The notes under the pieces were generated by a model. The model saw only the letters and a list, made by a program, of their open reading frames with translations, did no database searches and had not been told where the DNA came from. The translations under genes were made by a program, and so were the position numbers. Below are positions 14,729 to 30,051 of a DNA stretch of 64,000 nucleotides, piece by piece (the stretch's first letter is position 1; each line of letters begins with the position of its first letter). The stretch comes from Eledone cirrhosa (lineage: Eukaryota): NCBI GenBank assembly GCA_964016885.1, contig OZ024743.1:350424001-350488000 (forward strand), written 5' to 3'.

Positions 14729-15249
14729 CATACATACATACATACATACATACATACATACATACATACATACATACATACATACATACATACATACATA
14801 CATGAGCGATGCTGACACGCTGTCACTTTGCGCTTTTCCTACATTTCAAACACATTTCATGTCTGTGTAAATCTTCAGATTTTAAGGTTCACGTTTGAGA
14901 GGTGTTGGTAGCAATTTCGAAAATTAAAGTTCTTACTGTCAAATTTTGATATAACTTTATTTCACGACTCTTCCAATTCATATTCATTGTCTTTCAAATA
15001 AAGATTGTTAGTGATTCCAGTGTGTGTGTTTTTACGCATTCTGATCCATACTGCCAAGAAACACAGAGCCCCTATATATACAAACAGAACATGCACACAC
15101 ACACACACACGCACACACACACACATCTACACACACACACTCACACAAACATACACACACAGTAGTTTAAGTATGCATGTTTAAGTATGCATTAATTCTT
15201 TAAGGTATTACATCCTAGCATGCCTGTATGTATAGTGTTGGTAAACAGT

Positions 15250-17045
15250 AAGAAACTCTAAGGAGAGGTGGACAGCGGGAGGTCTTCATTGAAGAAACTC
15301 TTCTCAAACAAGCGATTCGGTCCCTAATTTCTTACACTTAAAGGGAGCCGGGCCGTATCCAAGTCATGATTCATTCATGCCCTTCTGCTGATATTTAAAC
15401 ATTTAGATATCGGGGATATGTTGGGTATTTAAACCGTATGAAGATTTGTTGACAAGTGCTAGCTGGAACTCCTCTCTGTCGCTTCTGCTTTCAAACTTAT
15501 CTTCAAATGCTTTCTTGAGTTTGGAAAAAAAAATCGTTGATAGTTATATTAGCAGTGAGACGTCAATAATGTCACCACCACCACCAACGCTACGACCATG
15601 ACTCAGAGTTATTTCGTTTAGCGTGCGCTAAAATACAAACACGCTGCCATCAGATGGTATGGAGGTTGTTTTTTCTCCTCCTCGACCATATATTTCGTTG
15701 GAACTCGTTTCCGCTACCTCTAATATTTTCTTTAGGGCTTTGGTCCTGTTCTTCCCAGAGACTGAAAGTTGTTTCATGAGATTATAGGCAGATTTACCCA
15801 CAAAGCCTCTGGTTCAAATATCTATGTCGAGAATTTTTGCCCAGTCTGTTGGCCAAAATAGCTTGCTTTTCGGTCTTGAACACATGTGCTTCTATTCTAC
15901 TTTCAAATGACACGGTTAGTTCACTCAAAATCATCTAGAATAGAGTACGATATCCGGCCTCAAGCGACCTTTCCTGAAGATTTTTGGTAGTTTTGCCGAT
16001 CCTGGGAGTCTGCAGTACACTCCCAGTCGTTTGTCCAACGCAGAATACTCGATTCCCGCGCCCTGTATGGCATAGCTCCTTCTGTCCATGATTCGACCCC
16101 TCTATAGAATATTGTTGAAGATTCATTTGCTACGGGTTTTACTTTTGCCGTAATTGTCACACTTACGATCCCCTTACGCTCTTTTTTGTGTCTCCATGTG
16201 TATCTTCCTTGGGTATGTGCTATTCTGCATGAGCTCAGAACTTGTTCCACTGTCTGTCTACTGTGGGAGTGTGGGCACTCAGGGTTAATTGATTTTCCCC
16301 TACTTCACTAGATTTGCATTCAAGAGCAGGGGATCATAGACTGATCTGAGGAGAAAACTAATTCTAAGAGGCACCATATACCACAAGTCGTTCCAACTGA
16401 GACACTTCAGGTGTACACCTTCGCACGTCCTCCACTGGCCCTGATGGTTCTGATGCATTGCCTTCTGGAATGTTCTTGAATCTTCTGATATCCTCTTCTC
16501 TCTTCACCTCCTGTAATATCACATCTCTCCTCATCTTTACGCTGGCCTCTGACCAACATTAAAATTGATACGTCCAGACCCTGCTTATTGGCCTGAATGT
16601 GTCCTGTTATTTCTCTGATCACAAAGCTTTTCTTTCCTCCGTCTACCGCCTCCTGGGCATTCCATTTCCTGCCTCTCTTCAGCGTCCTTGAGCATGGTCA
16701 ACAGCCTTGCTTTTTCCGACTTTGTATTCCTCAACGATGAATTTGAGAGGTAGCATTAGCATGGCCTGGCAAGAGTAGAGTGCAACATCAGTGAGACCTT
16801 GTGTATTTGTTGATTTTAGCATCCATGGCCTCCACCGCCCAAGAGCTGATCCCGTATATCAGTAGAGGCCTGAGAAGCTTTTGGATCAATATGAATTGCA
16901 ACCACCAAACCTTATATTTGCCAGAGAGGCCATATTAGTCTATTACGTGCAGACCTTTCTCAGCCATTTGCTTAGTTTCGACTCTCACTTTTGTATCTTT
17001 CATAGAGTGCTCATACCACCTTCTGGGGCTTTTGACTCGTTCTTC
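15250..17045 (-). mobile_element. Degenerate R2/Hero-like LINE
   Basis: EQVLSSCRIAHTQGRYTWRH motif and upstream KVWWLQF..PLLIY-like region; many stops and frameshifts. Confidence 0.7.
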
Positions 17046-17108
17046 AGCCACTGTTAGGATCTTTTATATATAGGCAAAAGGTAACCGGAAACAACAAATA
17101 AATATATT

Positions 17109-17139
<31 letters not shown>

Positions 17140-17198
17140 ATTCATAGCACACACACACACACACACAAACTCACAGACATGCCCGCATAAACAAACAA

Positions 17199-17230
<32 letters not shown>

Positions 17231-17231
<1 letters not shown>

Positions 17232-17697
17232 AATGGAAAAAATGAAATTTCATTTCTCACTCTTAGTACGGCTGATATTTAAATATAAGTATGTATACGT
17301 ACATATATATATGTATACATGCCTACAGTAGTATGTATATATATATATACATACATGCACACATATATATATGTACGTATGGGTTTACCGAACATTTATT
17401 ATAATGTTCGGTTTGTTTGTAAACAAACAGCCCGAATTAAGCCGTACAGTGTTCAGCAATCATCGTTGCCCTTTTGTTCAACACTGACAAATGAACGATG
17501 AACTAGTTTCAGGCTTATTAGCTATCGTCAGCACCGTATACCTTTCTGTCAGATGATTGAACGTTTGAAAGTATATACTTTCCTTATGCATATTAACGGG
17601 TGAGCAGCCTAATTTGCATATTGAGTGAGTTAGTCGGCCGGGCGTACCGAAAACGATAAATGAAAAAATGAAATTTCATTTCTCACTCTTAGTACGG

Positions 17698-17702
<5 letters not shown>
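17231..17702 (-). mobile_element. HHR-containing ~426-bp monomer with ~45-bp terminal redundancy
   Basis: catttctcactcttagtacggctgatat at 17251 and 17677; homologous to 42381-42920; (TA)n flanks. Confidence 0.8.
17496..17536 (-). ncRNA. Minimal type I hammerhead ribozyme
   Basis: CGGUG|CUGACGA|UAGC-uaauaa-GCCU|GAAA|CUAG|UU|CAUCG; stem II weakened. Confidence 0.6.
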
Positions 17703-17750
<48 letters not shown>

Positions 17751-17807
17751 CGTTTCTGAATTTGTTTAGCAAGATTCTTTATCTGAAAACGTGTGTTGAA
17801 ACCAATT

Positions 17808-18290
17808 TTGTTATACTTTGGGAGGGTCATGTTGCCAATAAGAAACACACGCACCAATCGCTTTCACTCCAATTTATTATAAAGTAAAACATTTTATTTT
17901 ATTTTTTTTATAAATTTCCGGTTGGTTGGTTCCACAACCGGACGGTTGTTCATATATTGTCAAAGTTCTTTCCTCACACATTCTGTGACCTCTTCAGTGA
18001 CTGGGGATTCTTTTCTTTGTTTTGTGCCTCTCAAAATGGCGTAGGACAGAACAAAGGAGAGGCACAAAACAAAGAAAAGAATCCCCTGTCACTGAAGAGG
18101 TCACAGAATGTGTGACGAAAGAACTTTGACAATATATGAACAACCGTCCGGTTGTGGAACCAACCAACCAACCGGAAATTTATAAAAAATTAAAAAAAAT
18201 TTTTTTTTTTAATTTATAATAAATTGGAGTGAAAGGGACTGCTGCGTGTGTTTCTTATTGGCAACATGACCCTCCCAAAGTATAACAATA
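17808..18290. mobile_element. Fold-back made of two Penelope pseudo-LTR copies
   Basis: Arms ~17808-18031 and 18059-18288; same sequence as the pLTR after the GIY-YIG fragment at 23290-23520. Confidence 0.85.
18088..18130 (+). ncRNA. Minimal type I hammerhead ribozyme (pLTR type)
   Basis: GUCA|CUGAAGA|G-GUCACA-gaaug-UGUGAC|GAAA|GAAC|UU|UGAC. Confidence 0.7.
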
Positions 18291-18304
18291 TATATATATA
18301 TATA

Positions 18305-18712
18305 TATAATATAAGATCAAAAGATGGTTAAAGGAGTTCCATGTATTTTATTATGCGCATTTCAAAAACAAACATCATCATGCAATAATATTTGTGTTTT
18401 CATCAGATAAAACAGGAGAACATGATATGAAGGCTAAAAAACACTTGTGGATAGTGCAGCTTTAAATCAACATCCACTATCCACAAGTGTTTTTTAGCCT
18501 TCATATCATGTTCTCCTGTTTTATCTGATGAAAACACAAATATTATTGCATGATGATGTTTGTTTTTGAAATGCGCATAATAAAATACATGGAACTCTTT
18601 TAACCATCTTTTGATCTTATATTATGTATACTCCAGTCCTACAAACTGTAGAGTGCTTCTTATCTGATATCTGCATTGCTTTATTGTACTACAATAAAAC
18701 TCACCTCCTACA
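18305..18712. mobile_element. Fold-back HHR element plus GAGTGC tail (family shared with 51530)
   Basis: Arms ~18305-18456 and 18475-18625; (TA)n flanks. Confidence 0.88.
18519..18585 (+). ncRNA. Type I hammerhead ribozyme with palindromic stem III
   Basis: UUUUAU|CUGAUGA|AU-rich stem II|GAAA|UGCGCA|UA|AUAAAA. Confidence 0.75.
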
Positions 18713-18732
18713 TATATATATATATATATATA

Positions 18733-21700
18733 TCATTATTGTGTTCCAGCCGAGAGGCTGAAGCCATGCTGGGGCACTGCCCTTGATGCTACACTATCTA
18801 TAGCCAGCCATTCCCGGTTGACCATCGATGCAAAGCAGGGTATGTTGCTGCTGTGGGTCCATCCGGGATCTTGGTCAGTAGAATGTTGAGATATCTCTTG
18901 AAAACATCTACATGCACACCATGTAGATCTCTCAAATGTTTTGGCAGCTTATTAAAAAGCTGGAGTTCTTGAACCCCAGGTTATTGCTGTGTGTGGTATT
19001 TATTTCCGATACGACGGATGGTATCTTTGGCGTCATCTTCGTGGGCTGGTCCTGCCTTCAATGCCGAAGTTGGGTGCTAACCCTTCCAGGATCTTCCATA
19101 TGTATATCACTGTGTATCTCCAGGGAGTAAAGCTTTAGCTTCTTCAGCCTCTCTCAGTAGCTTATCTCATTCATTCAGGAAAACCACTTGGTGTAGCTTC
19201 AAGTTCTGCAGTTAGTTTGACACTGTGGTACGATCACAGCTGAGGGCAATAGTCCAGTCAGTTGAGGACGAGTGTCCTTCAGAGGATCAACATTGTTTCC
19301 GGGTCTCTTGATCCGAATGTCCTCAGTCGTCAGCACATTGTCATCATTTTGGTGATGTGTGCAGGAAATGATGCATCATTGCTCATGTCAATACCCAGGT
19401 CCCGTATTGATTTTGATTCTGGGATTTCAGTTCTACCTGGTGAAGTGTAACCTTTGCTGTGATGGTTTTATGTTTGTGGGTTGATAGCGGAGGGCTTGAA
19501 ACTTACCTTCATTAAATTGCATATTGTTGTTTTCAGCCCATTCTCATAAATTTCTTTGTAAGTGAGTAGCATCAGTCGCTTTCTTGGTTTCTTGTGTTGC
19601 TTTCGTGTCATCGACATAGCTTGTCTGTATTACAGAGAGAATGTCTGAACGGTTCCCTGGGGCATACCACTTGTTATTGACGTTTCCTTTAAGAGGGCCC
19701 CGTTGGCTGCAGCAGTCTGACTTCTGTATTTTAAGTAGTAATGAAGCCATTCACTTAGTTTTCCAGTTATGCCAAAGCTACGTAGTTTGTGACATATCAT
19801 TCCATGATCAACGCTGTCGAAAGTCTTCGCAAAGTCGAGATATATCACACCTACGTTCGAAAGGTCTGTTAGTTGTAAGAATATCCAGTCATAATGCTGT
19901 AAGACAATTCTACCCGGGCGAAAGCCATGCTGAGTGTTTCGTTCCATGACTTTGCTGATATGTGAGGTCATGGAGATAGGTCTGTAGTTTTTAGCATTTG
20001 CTCTGATTCTTCCTTTATGGACAGGACATATTGAGTCTTCTTTAGGGCCAGATGCCGAATTTGGTCTCATTTCGTCTATGGCTGATATACCATATTTGAC
20101 ATTTATATCTATGTGATTGATTGATGCCATTACAGTGTGTAATGCAGTTGTGTTGAAGAACTCATCTGGCTTATTTTTCTTTTTTGTATATGAATCATTG
20201 GACGTGTGAGAACACCTTTGTATTGTAGTTCAGTGCCGCACTAAGTCATAGTCCGAGAAAATCGTTGGTATCACTTTCACATTATGGATGAGCTCCGTGT
20301 TATTCGTGAAGCAGAGATTCAGTGTATTCTCACCTCTTGTTGGGTGGAGTACCATTTGTTCCATGAAGAGTCTGTTTGTAAGGTCCAACAAGGATTATGT
20401 CTACCTTTGTTCAGGTGCCTTCATTCCTGAGAGAGGATGGTCATCGGGCCATTTGACCTTGGGGAGGTTGAAATCTCCCAGCAGTAGGATGTTGAAACTC
20501 TGATCCAAATTGATCAGCACATCTATAATCTCTCTGAGGCTATCTTCAAACTTGTCCTCGTATCTGGGGGCATCTGATGGTCGATATGTGACACAATGCA
20601 TTTTGAGTTGCTGCACGTGTACTATTAGTGTATGACAGTCACAGACCGAATTGGAATGTGACAACGATACTAATGATGTGACATATTTACGGATATACAA
20701 AGCAACTCCACTATGATTTCTCTACCTCCTGTCGGTACGAAGTACAACATAATTTGGAATGTGTATTTCCGCATTGGCTATGCTAGCTGTCAGGTGAGTT
20801 TCAGTTAGTGGCATGTATATTGGTTGATTGCTTGGGCCTAGGTCTCTTTGGTAGGGGATCTTACATATAATGGTCAATTTTAGCAGGCCTCTGACATTTA
20901 GTAGTAATACTGGTGTGACATTTTTTTTGGGGGGTGGGGCTCAGTGATGGCTGCTGATATGTCATTTGCGTGAGTATCAGTGGTGGCCACTCTAGGCCCT
21001 TTAGTGTGGTGGTCGTGAGTGTTGATCTGACTTGGCTTTGTATTTGATGAAGCCAAATCACCTACTATACAATTTTTTCCATTAATTTTAAAAGAGACAG
21101 TTGTTCTGTAGCTGCAGACTGTACCTGTACTGCTTCTATTTATTGCAGCCGTACGTGCAATCTCAGCATACTTTTTAGGCAATGATTCTGTGTACTGTGT
21201 TGTTTGCCCATGTTGGTTTTGGCTTGGGTAGTTGGCATGAGCAGATTCGGCGCAGCTTGCCTATAGTCTGAAGTGTACAAAGCTACAGCGTATCGCAGTT
21301 TCCCCATGCCAGCAGGTCCCTTCCTTGTAGATCTTACAGAGTACTTGGGCTTTCATTTTCGCAGGGTCTCTATTTTTCTTAGTTCTAGTCTTCTTCCCCT
21401 TAGAATCTATCCACTGGCCATCTCCTGCCTGTTTATTTGCATTGTTCTTCTTATTGAGGTCCGTCTGGTGGTTCTTTAGTTTACCTTTGCTGCATTCCAA
21501 TGTTTCATTTCCTTTTTCATCGTCTTCATTGATGTTGTCTGAGGCGCAGGCCATTTCCCTCTCAGCGGCTTTCAGATCCTTCCGGGCATTCGAAGGTCCT
21601 TTGCGGCTCGTATTTGTTTCTTTTTCGTCTTCTTTCACACCCTCTGCGAAAATATGGTTCAGCTGTTCCATGCGTGGCATAACAAGCGAGTAGGCATGAA

Positions 21701-21900
21701 AACATTCATCCTTTTCTCGTTGTATCTTGCCAAAGTTTTCAGAAAGCCATAACTCAGCATGGTCTTAATTAGTTTGAAACAGAGCCATTCGCTGAACTCC
21801 ATCCACTGAGCATAAGATGTAGTTCCTTTAGTTTCCAGTTTCGGTGAGTTCAGATTTCATCTACATGAGTATTTGTATCTGCATTGTCTTCCATATTTCA
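18733..21900 (-). mobile_element. Degenerate CR1-type LINE (ORF1 CCCH, APE, RT)
   Basis: LCKIYKEGTCWHG..CSFVH; YRPSD, LGDFNLP; NYRPISMTS, VIYLDFAKTFDSVDH, SGMPQGTV, SYVDDTK; internally deleted. Confidence 0.85.
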
Positions 21901-22599
21901 TTTATAATAATCAATTAATTAAAAATAAAACGAAATACATTTACTATCTCAGAAAAGAAAATAAGTTAAAAATATAGTACTGTAAAAATTACCTTACAGA
22001 GCACCGATTACAATATTTCAGTAATCAATCAATTGAGAATATAACGAAATACAATAATAAGAGAATAGAACAAATCAGCGAAATATATCAGAAACAAGCA
22101 ACGTCTTTAGTGTACGAGGAATAAGATAAACAAAACTGATTGTTGTACGTTCTACTTGTAGCAAAAAAAATAAATAAATAAAATTTCTTAAAGTGTAAGT
22201 CCTTCAGACACAAAAAGATTACTTAAAATATGTAAGAAAAGGGGAAAGGAACATAAGAATAGAATACAAACATTATGTACCTATTATTTAAAGTGAAAAC
22301 AACGATGTATCGGATATAAAATAAATTAAATAAACAAGGCTTACGGATTTAAGATAAAGTAAAAGGACTTACTGTAGCACGTGCTCAAGTATATGTTTCA
22401 CAAATATCGAGGAAAAAACAGAAATTTTTAGAGAATACAGACCCCTTTACCAGAAATTCTGATATGAGTAATATTAATATGTCTATATATTTACTTTAAT
22501 ATGTTTTGAAATTAGCTTTTAAACAAGGAAATTACTGTTTTAATGCGGTTTTTTTTTTACAAGTGAAGAAAACGACGTCGAAAGTCCAGCTTATACACC

Positions 22600-23520
22600 C
22601 TTTCTACTTCCATCTTCATTAAACCAATAGACTCCCAATCTTACCTCGACTTCACCTCCTCCCATCCAACCCGCACCAAGCACTCCATACCCTATTCCCA
22701 ATTCCTCCGTGTTCGTCGGTTCTGTAGCCAGGACGACACGACGATTTCGAAGCCCATTCCTTTTGCATGGCTTCCTGCTTCATCCAGCGTGTATATGCCC
22801 CGCACCATGATCCAAGCTGCTCTCACCCGCACCCGTGAAACAGCCCTCTTTCCTCACCCCCGCCCTCCCAACACCCGCGTTCCTTTCCCTCTCGCCTACC
22901 ACCCCATCACCCTACCACTCCGGCGACATATCCTCCGTTCCTTCCGCATCCTCTCTTCTGATCCGGTCACTTCTCGCTTTTTTCCAAACCCACCCATTAG
23001 TGCTTTTAAGCGCGCCCGTAACCTCCGCGACCTCTTGGTTCGCAGTTCCTTATCATCCTCTCCCACGACTCCACCTGGCTCTCATCCATGTTCCCATTCC
23101 CCCTGCAACACTTGCCCCTTCATTTTTACCATCACCACTCTTACAGGCCCTAACGGGTCTTTCCGTATCCACCACTCGTTCACCTGCACATCCACCCACG
23201 TTGTCTATGCCCTCCGGTGTTCTCTTTGCGGGTCTTTATATATCGGACAAACGGGACGCCGTATGGTCACATTCTGTGACCATCTTGAAGATGGCGTAGG
23301 ACAGAACAAAGGAAAGGCACAAAACAAAGAAAAGAATCCCCAATTACTGAAGAGGTCACAGAATGTGTGACGAAAGAACTTTGACAATATATGAACAACC
23401 GCCCGTTTGTGGAACCAACCAACGGGAAATTTACAAATTTAATTTATAATAAATTGAAGTGAAAGCAACTGGTGCGTGTGTTTCTTATTGGCAACATGAC
23501 CCTCCTAAAGTATAACAATA
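22600..23520 (+). mobile_element. Neptune-type Penelope-like element fragment: RT C-terminus, Cys linker, GIY-YIG start, joined to a pLTR with HHR (~23343-23385)
   Basis: KHSIPYSQFLR, AFKRARNLRDLLVRS, GSHPCSHSPCNTCPF, FTCTSTHVVYALRCSLCGSLYIGQTGRR; pLTR has CUGAAGA..GUCACA/UGUGAC..GAAA; ends in (TA)n. Confidence 0.9.
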
Positions 23521-24769
23521 TATATATATAAATTCTGAATTAAGAACTTTAGAGAATTTTCAAGAAGGTTAGTCACAATTAGTTAGTTTCGATTCGTTCT
23601 GCCTCACCAGTTATTATATTCAGCCATACATGACCAACTGCCATGTATAGATTCAATTCAGGGTGCATTATCTTTTCGTCAGAGAAGGGTAACTACTGAG
23701 ATAAATATACAAGTATACATATGCCTTCTTTGTATGGGTTTAATACTTGATTAGTCGTTGAATACTTTTAGTATATATATATATATATATATAAGTATAT
23801 GCTTGTGTTTGTGTGTGTGACTTAAAGGACATTTGGAGGAGAGGGAAGAGTGGAAGATCGTCTAATCATAGGGATATGCTGAAGACGTATACATACTTAA
23901 AGATGAAAGACCAGAGAATGTCAGCTAACTCCGGGTATTCTTTTTACTCAATGTGGAATTGTGTCCAAACTTTTGTCGAGCAAAAACTTGGTAGAAATTC
24001 GGTAGATAAAGGAAGCATTCCATGAGTCCCTGGCTGACTAGATCACATAGATGTGGTAACGTAGCTCACAAGTTGGTCAAGGTTGGGCTGAAGAACACCA
24101 TTTACAAAAGATGGTAAAATTTCTCATCTTAGACTATTAGAGTAAGTTCGGTTTGAGGGTTACCTTGATCCAGTTGACATCCGATGGGCATAACCTGGGA
24201 TAATCACTAGGTGCACTATATCACTAACCCTCTAACCGATGTCAATGAACATGTTGGTCAGGTTAGCAGAGAAAGAGTGCCAGGATCCATCCCCAGCAAG
24301 TCAGAAGCAAGTCAATCACCTATAAAACCATGTATGGGCGACCTTATCAGTCATAGAAACCAGGCGGATTTTTCAAGTATGATTTTCAAACCTGGAAAGT
24401 ACAATTTTGGGGTTTGAAGAATGGGCAAGTGACTAACAAGTTCTGTATTAGGGTCGAGAAAAGATATTAACCTATTAGTCACAGAAGAAAAAAAAACAGT
24501 AAGAAAATTCTGGAAAGTCATCAGCTGCAATTGGGGTGTTATAGACTCCATCAAAGCAAACGTTGTCGAATTAGAGAGTTGGCTGGGAGATGTAAACAGA
24601 TATGGGCTCACGAGAAAATGAGTACTAGGAGGAAGTTAACGGCAGCTGAAGCAGTCGGGTGAGTTGCGGCTGAAGCGATGACAGTTGAGTTAGAAAGGTA
24701 GTTGAAAATTCATTACATATCACTCAGTCCATGTTGAACCGATATACCATCTTTATTTCTAGGATGATA

Positions 24770-25030
24770 AGAGAGCTCAAGTCACAGGATCTTCATCTTG
24801 CCTGGAAGAGGAGAATGTATGTGTCATAGGAAAAGAAGAGAGAAAAAGTATCAGGAGTTGTTGGAAGACTGCCGAAAGAACGGTTGCAGGAACAGATGCC
24901 TGGGAGAGAAAGTTGGAAGACGCGTGTTCGCATACCTATGGAACTCTTCGCATAATGGTTGTGAGCATCAAGATACTGAAGCGAAGTGGTCAGTGGAGTC
25001 ATTAGTATACCACTTGGACACAGGCTGAGA
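24770..25030 (+). mobile_element. Hero-like LINE endonuclease remnant
   Basis: RKR-EKYQELLEDCRKNG.RNRCL..KVGRRVFA. Confidence 0.6.
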
Positions 25031-25261
25031 CTTGATAAACTTCAGTCTGACCATCTGAATGACTGTGTACATATATTCTAATAACCTAAACACCCAATCA
25101 GTCCAGTATATGACATTGATGATGTGTCTAAGGTTGTGCATCCACGAATGTATGAAAAGGATGGGCAACTGCACATCTTTTTCCGTTCATTGGGTTCATA
25201 CGCCGCGTTATATTAAACTCTTTTATTTAGTTAAAGTTACGGCGAAATCTTCCAATTCCAT

Positions 25262-25334
<73 letters not shown>

Positions 25335-25599
25335 TAGTACAAATTAAAGTTTAAGCAAAGAATTTCTGGTTTCACCCTTTTACGGGATCTTCTGAAATTA
25401 TCATTACTATATATATATATACATATATAAACATATGCATATAATTCGAAATAACAGAAAACAAAAACCAAAGAAACGCAGGAGGAAATGTTACATGGTG
25501 AGAGTGGGATGGAGGAACTCCGAGAAGGAATGAGGGTGTAGTTAGCGGGAAAACATGAAAGGGCGGGGAAAATAGGAATAAAAATAAAATGAATATAGA

Positions 25600-26005
25600 A
25601 CATGAAGTGAAAAAAATGGAATATATAAAGAAAACAAGTTGTTTTTTAAAATCACCTTTAAATTACACCCAAGGCTTGGGGCCTGTGCTATCCACCCGTT
25701 ACAAAAACCTTGCATGTCATAACAACAATACGGCACAATTATTTCATCTCAATTGTCCCCAATCTCTTTAACATTACACCAAAACACATTAAAACAGAAA
25801 TAGGCCCATAAAGTTCCAGAAGTGTTTGGACAAATTCCTTCAAGAAATGTCCGATAAACCTCCTACACCCGGATGTGTCTCGTAAACAATAAGTCTCTAC
25901 TTGAGTGGGCCGTGGTGTCCAAATCCTGATTTGAAAGACTTCGCAAGGTGGTGCTATTAAGTAAGACATGGCCTAGGCCAATACTGGCCGAAACCTATCA
26001 AAGTT
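25600..26005 (+). mobile_element. CR1-type LINE 3' remnant
   Basis: Broken peptide PNLFN..PKHIKTE..FQKCLDKFLQEMSDKPPTPG, like the end of the 18733 element. Confidence 0.5.
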
Positions 26006-26006
26006 A

Positions 26007-26043
<37 letters not shown>

Positions 26044-26125
26044 GAGAGAGAGAGAGAGAGAGAGAGATAGATATAGATATATAGATATATATATGTAGTA
26101 TATATATATAGATATAGATATATAG

Positions 26126-26188
<63 letters not shown>

Positions 26189-26509
26189 ATTTTCCATGCA
26201 CCTCTAAACTTCACTCGCAAAACTTTCGTCTCCACTTGCGTGTGTGGCAGAACGCACATGCCGAAAGTGCCGAGCTATGAGATAGAACTCGAACCGAACT
26301 CTTTAAGGAGTTATTTCGTCAGCTAGACGGCCATAGATAGAGTAGTGCACGGTAGAGGAATAAGCTATCATGTGAATTATGAGACATGTCTACCCAAGTA
26401 TTGATAGTCATTATACAAGGACAGATCGAACGTAATCAAATTAGAAATCATTTCCCTAACTACATTAACAAAGAGGTGAGAGGAGAATAAGGTATTATAT
26501 TTGTCCATA

Positions 26510-27792
<1,283 letters not shown>

Positions 27793-28059
27793 AAGCAATT
27801 GATGTAGTGTTGATGATAGTGCGATATGTGATGAAGAGGGCGTTTAAGTGAGAATCACTCGGATCTCTAAAACAACATAAGAGACAAAGAGAGCGTAGAT
27901 TGAAAGTAATTGACTGTTTCAAACTCTTCCGACGGTGAATAGATCGAAATATAAAGACGATAAAGATACTGATTTGTTTTGTTTTTTTTGTTTTGTTTTA
28001 GCTTTCTTTTTAATATTTTGTTTTGTTTTTAGTTGCCCATCAATGATTGGGACGAACAG

Positions 28060-28389
28060 CTTCGTTTAACTCATTGGTGCTTTTGTTTATTGTTGTGGTG
28101 GTTCTTATTGTTTTGTAGTTTTCTGTTTTGTATTTATTATAAGATCATTTTTATTAGTCATTTTTCTTTTTTATCAACAATGTTCTGTATGTGAGAAGAC
28201 GAACATATAATGTTTCTGCAATCTTCCAACGAGACAAGATCGTGAAGCGGAAGAAGATACAATGGTTTTAAGAACTGTAGAACTGTAGAACTGAAGAACA
28301 CTAGAATTTATCAAAAAGTTTTTTTAGAACCTGAACTTTATTTTTGAAATTTAATCGATTATATTCGACGAAAGATCTATAAATTACAG
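28060..28389 (+). other. Candidate non-coding first exon of the homeobox gene
   Basis: Unique non-repetitive stretch ending in a strong donor CAG|GTATGT at 28389/28390; ATTGG (reverse CCAAT) motifs near 28045-28077; next exon has an acceptor just before its ATG. Start coordinate is a guess. Confidence 0.3.
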
Positions 28390-29405
28390 GTATGTTCTTT
28401 CAATTTCAATGTTTTAAAATGTTATTTATATTGGTTTCTGATTTAGATATTGAAGAGTTTTGAAGTTTGTTTGAAGAATTGTGGAATATTTGAAAATTGT
28501 TTTTTTTTAATTCTAGTTATATGGTTACGGAATATAAACAGAGCACTAAATATAAAACAAAATGAAAAACACTGAAATGTTAATTTGGAAATATTTAATT
28601 AAATAATAACTTATTTCCGAGGTAACATTCCAATATCTTTGTTACTCTTGATTTTTGTATTTAATGTTATCTTTTCATTACTGTAGTCTCCTATAATAAC
28701 TGCTTTCTATAATGAATATGTATCAATAAGTGAAAACTAAACTAAATAATTTTGTTAATTTCATAAGTTGATATTTATGATTAACGCGCTTTTTATTAGA
28801 CACAGGAAACTACTTGGTGACCAGTATTTAGCAATAAATTTAAATTTAGTTAAATTTATTCTAAACTTGTAAATCTACTTTATTTTGTTTTCTAAACGGA
28901 CATGAGTAATACATTGTAAATGAAATGTTTATTTCATTGTTAAATAATTAAAAATTGCTAAAGATATAAAGATATAAACGCAAGGCTATCCACTGTTGAA
29001 TTTTACAATGTATCGTTATTCTTATAAAGAATCGTTACAAATATAAATAATTGTTTTATTGGTATTCACACGAAATTTTGTTTAAGCAGCAAATTGGCAA
29101 TGCCGTTAGGATATCTGATAGAATTCTTGCTGGTATCCATTCCAGCTCTCTGGCTACAAATACTGTTGAGAGAGTTTGGCCTTCTGTTGGGGTCACTAAA
29201 TAAACTACCATTACTGAGGTTGATTGTACTTCTTTCTCGATTTCTTTTTTCTCTTTGGAAAACACGGCTGCGGTTGAATATGAAGAGGGGTGGGTGGCAC
29301 CAGGTAGATCGTATATCATGATGGGACCGCTCCAACTATTTTAAGCTGGAAAAAAGTGTTTGAGGACTCTATCCCCACAACCCTCTCAGGAATAAGTGGG
29401 CAAAA

Positions 29406-29542
29406 AAGAAGAAGAAGAAGAAGAAGAAGAAGAAGAAGAAGAAGAAGAAGAAGAAGAAGAAGAAGAAGAAGAAGAAGAAGAAGAAGAAAAAGAAAAAGAA
29501 GAAGAAGAAGAAGAAGAAGAAGAAGAAGAAGAAGAAGAAGAA
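29406..29542. repeat. (AAG)n microsatellite
   Basis: Simple repeat. Confidence 0.97.
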
Positions 29543-30051
29543 GGATCGGTGATAGTACAATTTGTTTGTGATTTGTTAGAAAGGTTTTCATCAAGAGTGT
29601 TTATTTAATTTTGATTGTATGTTAAATTTAAATATGTGCCCGAAATATTTAAGAAAATTTGAATATGTATAGCGGATACAGTTTTTTTTTATTTTTACTT
29701 GGCAATATATTTAGAGTTCCAAAAAGAGGCCTTGTGTTATTTTCCCTGGCTCTCTGAGCTCAAAGTTCCAATTTTGCTATATCCTACTTGTAAGCTTAAC
29801 TCGTCACCAGTTTCAACGCCAACCTTATGCCTTTGGGTGCTGTTAGCGGGGTTCACTTAATTTGTAAATAATTTGATCAAATCACCATTCTGTGAATATC
29901 TTCCTTTCTACTTCTGAGGCCCTAAAAGAATCATCGGCACAAACTCCGTCCCAACACCTCAATGAAATAGGGAAAGAGAATAAAATAAAAATACACCACA
30001 AACGACATAAGAATTCAAAAAGGACGGACTAACCATTTTCGTTTACTATAT

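Noticed and set aside
24000-24700. Possible LINE ORF1 remnant on the - strand
   Set aside because: Too degraded to assign any motif with confidence
25341-25410. HHR-like CAGAAGA..UCCC/GGGU..GAAA on the - strand (also 8711-8765)
   Set aside because: U4 is replaced and no UH cleavage site or stem III can be formed; repeat fragment only
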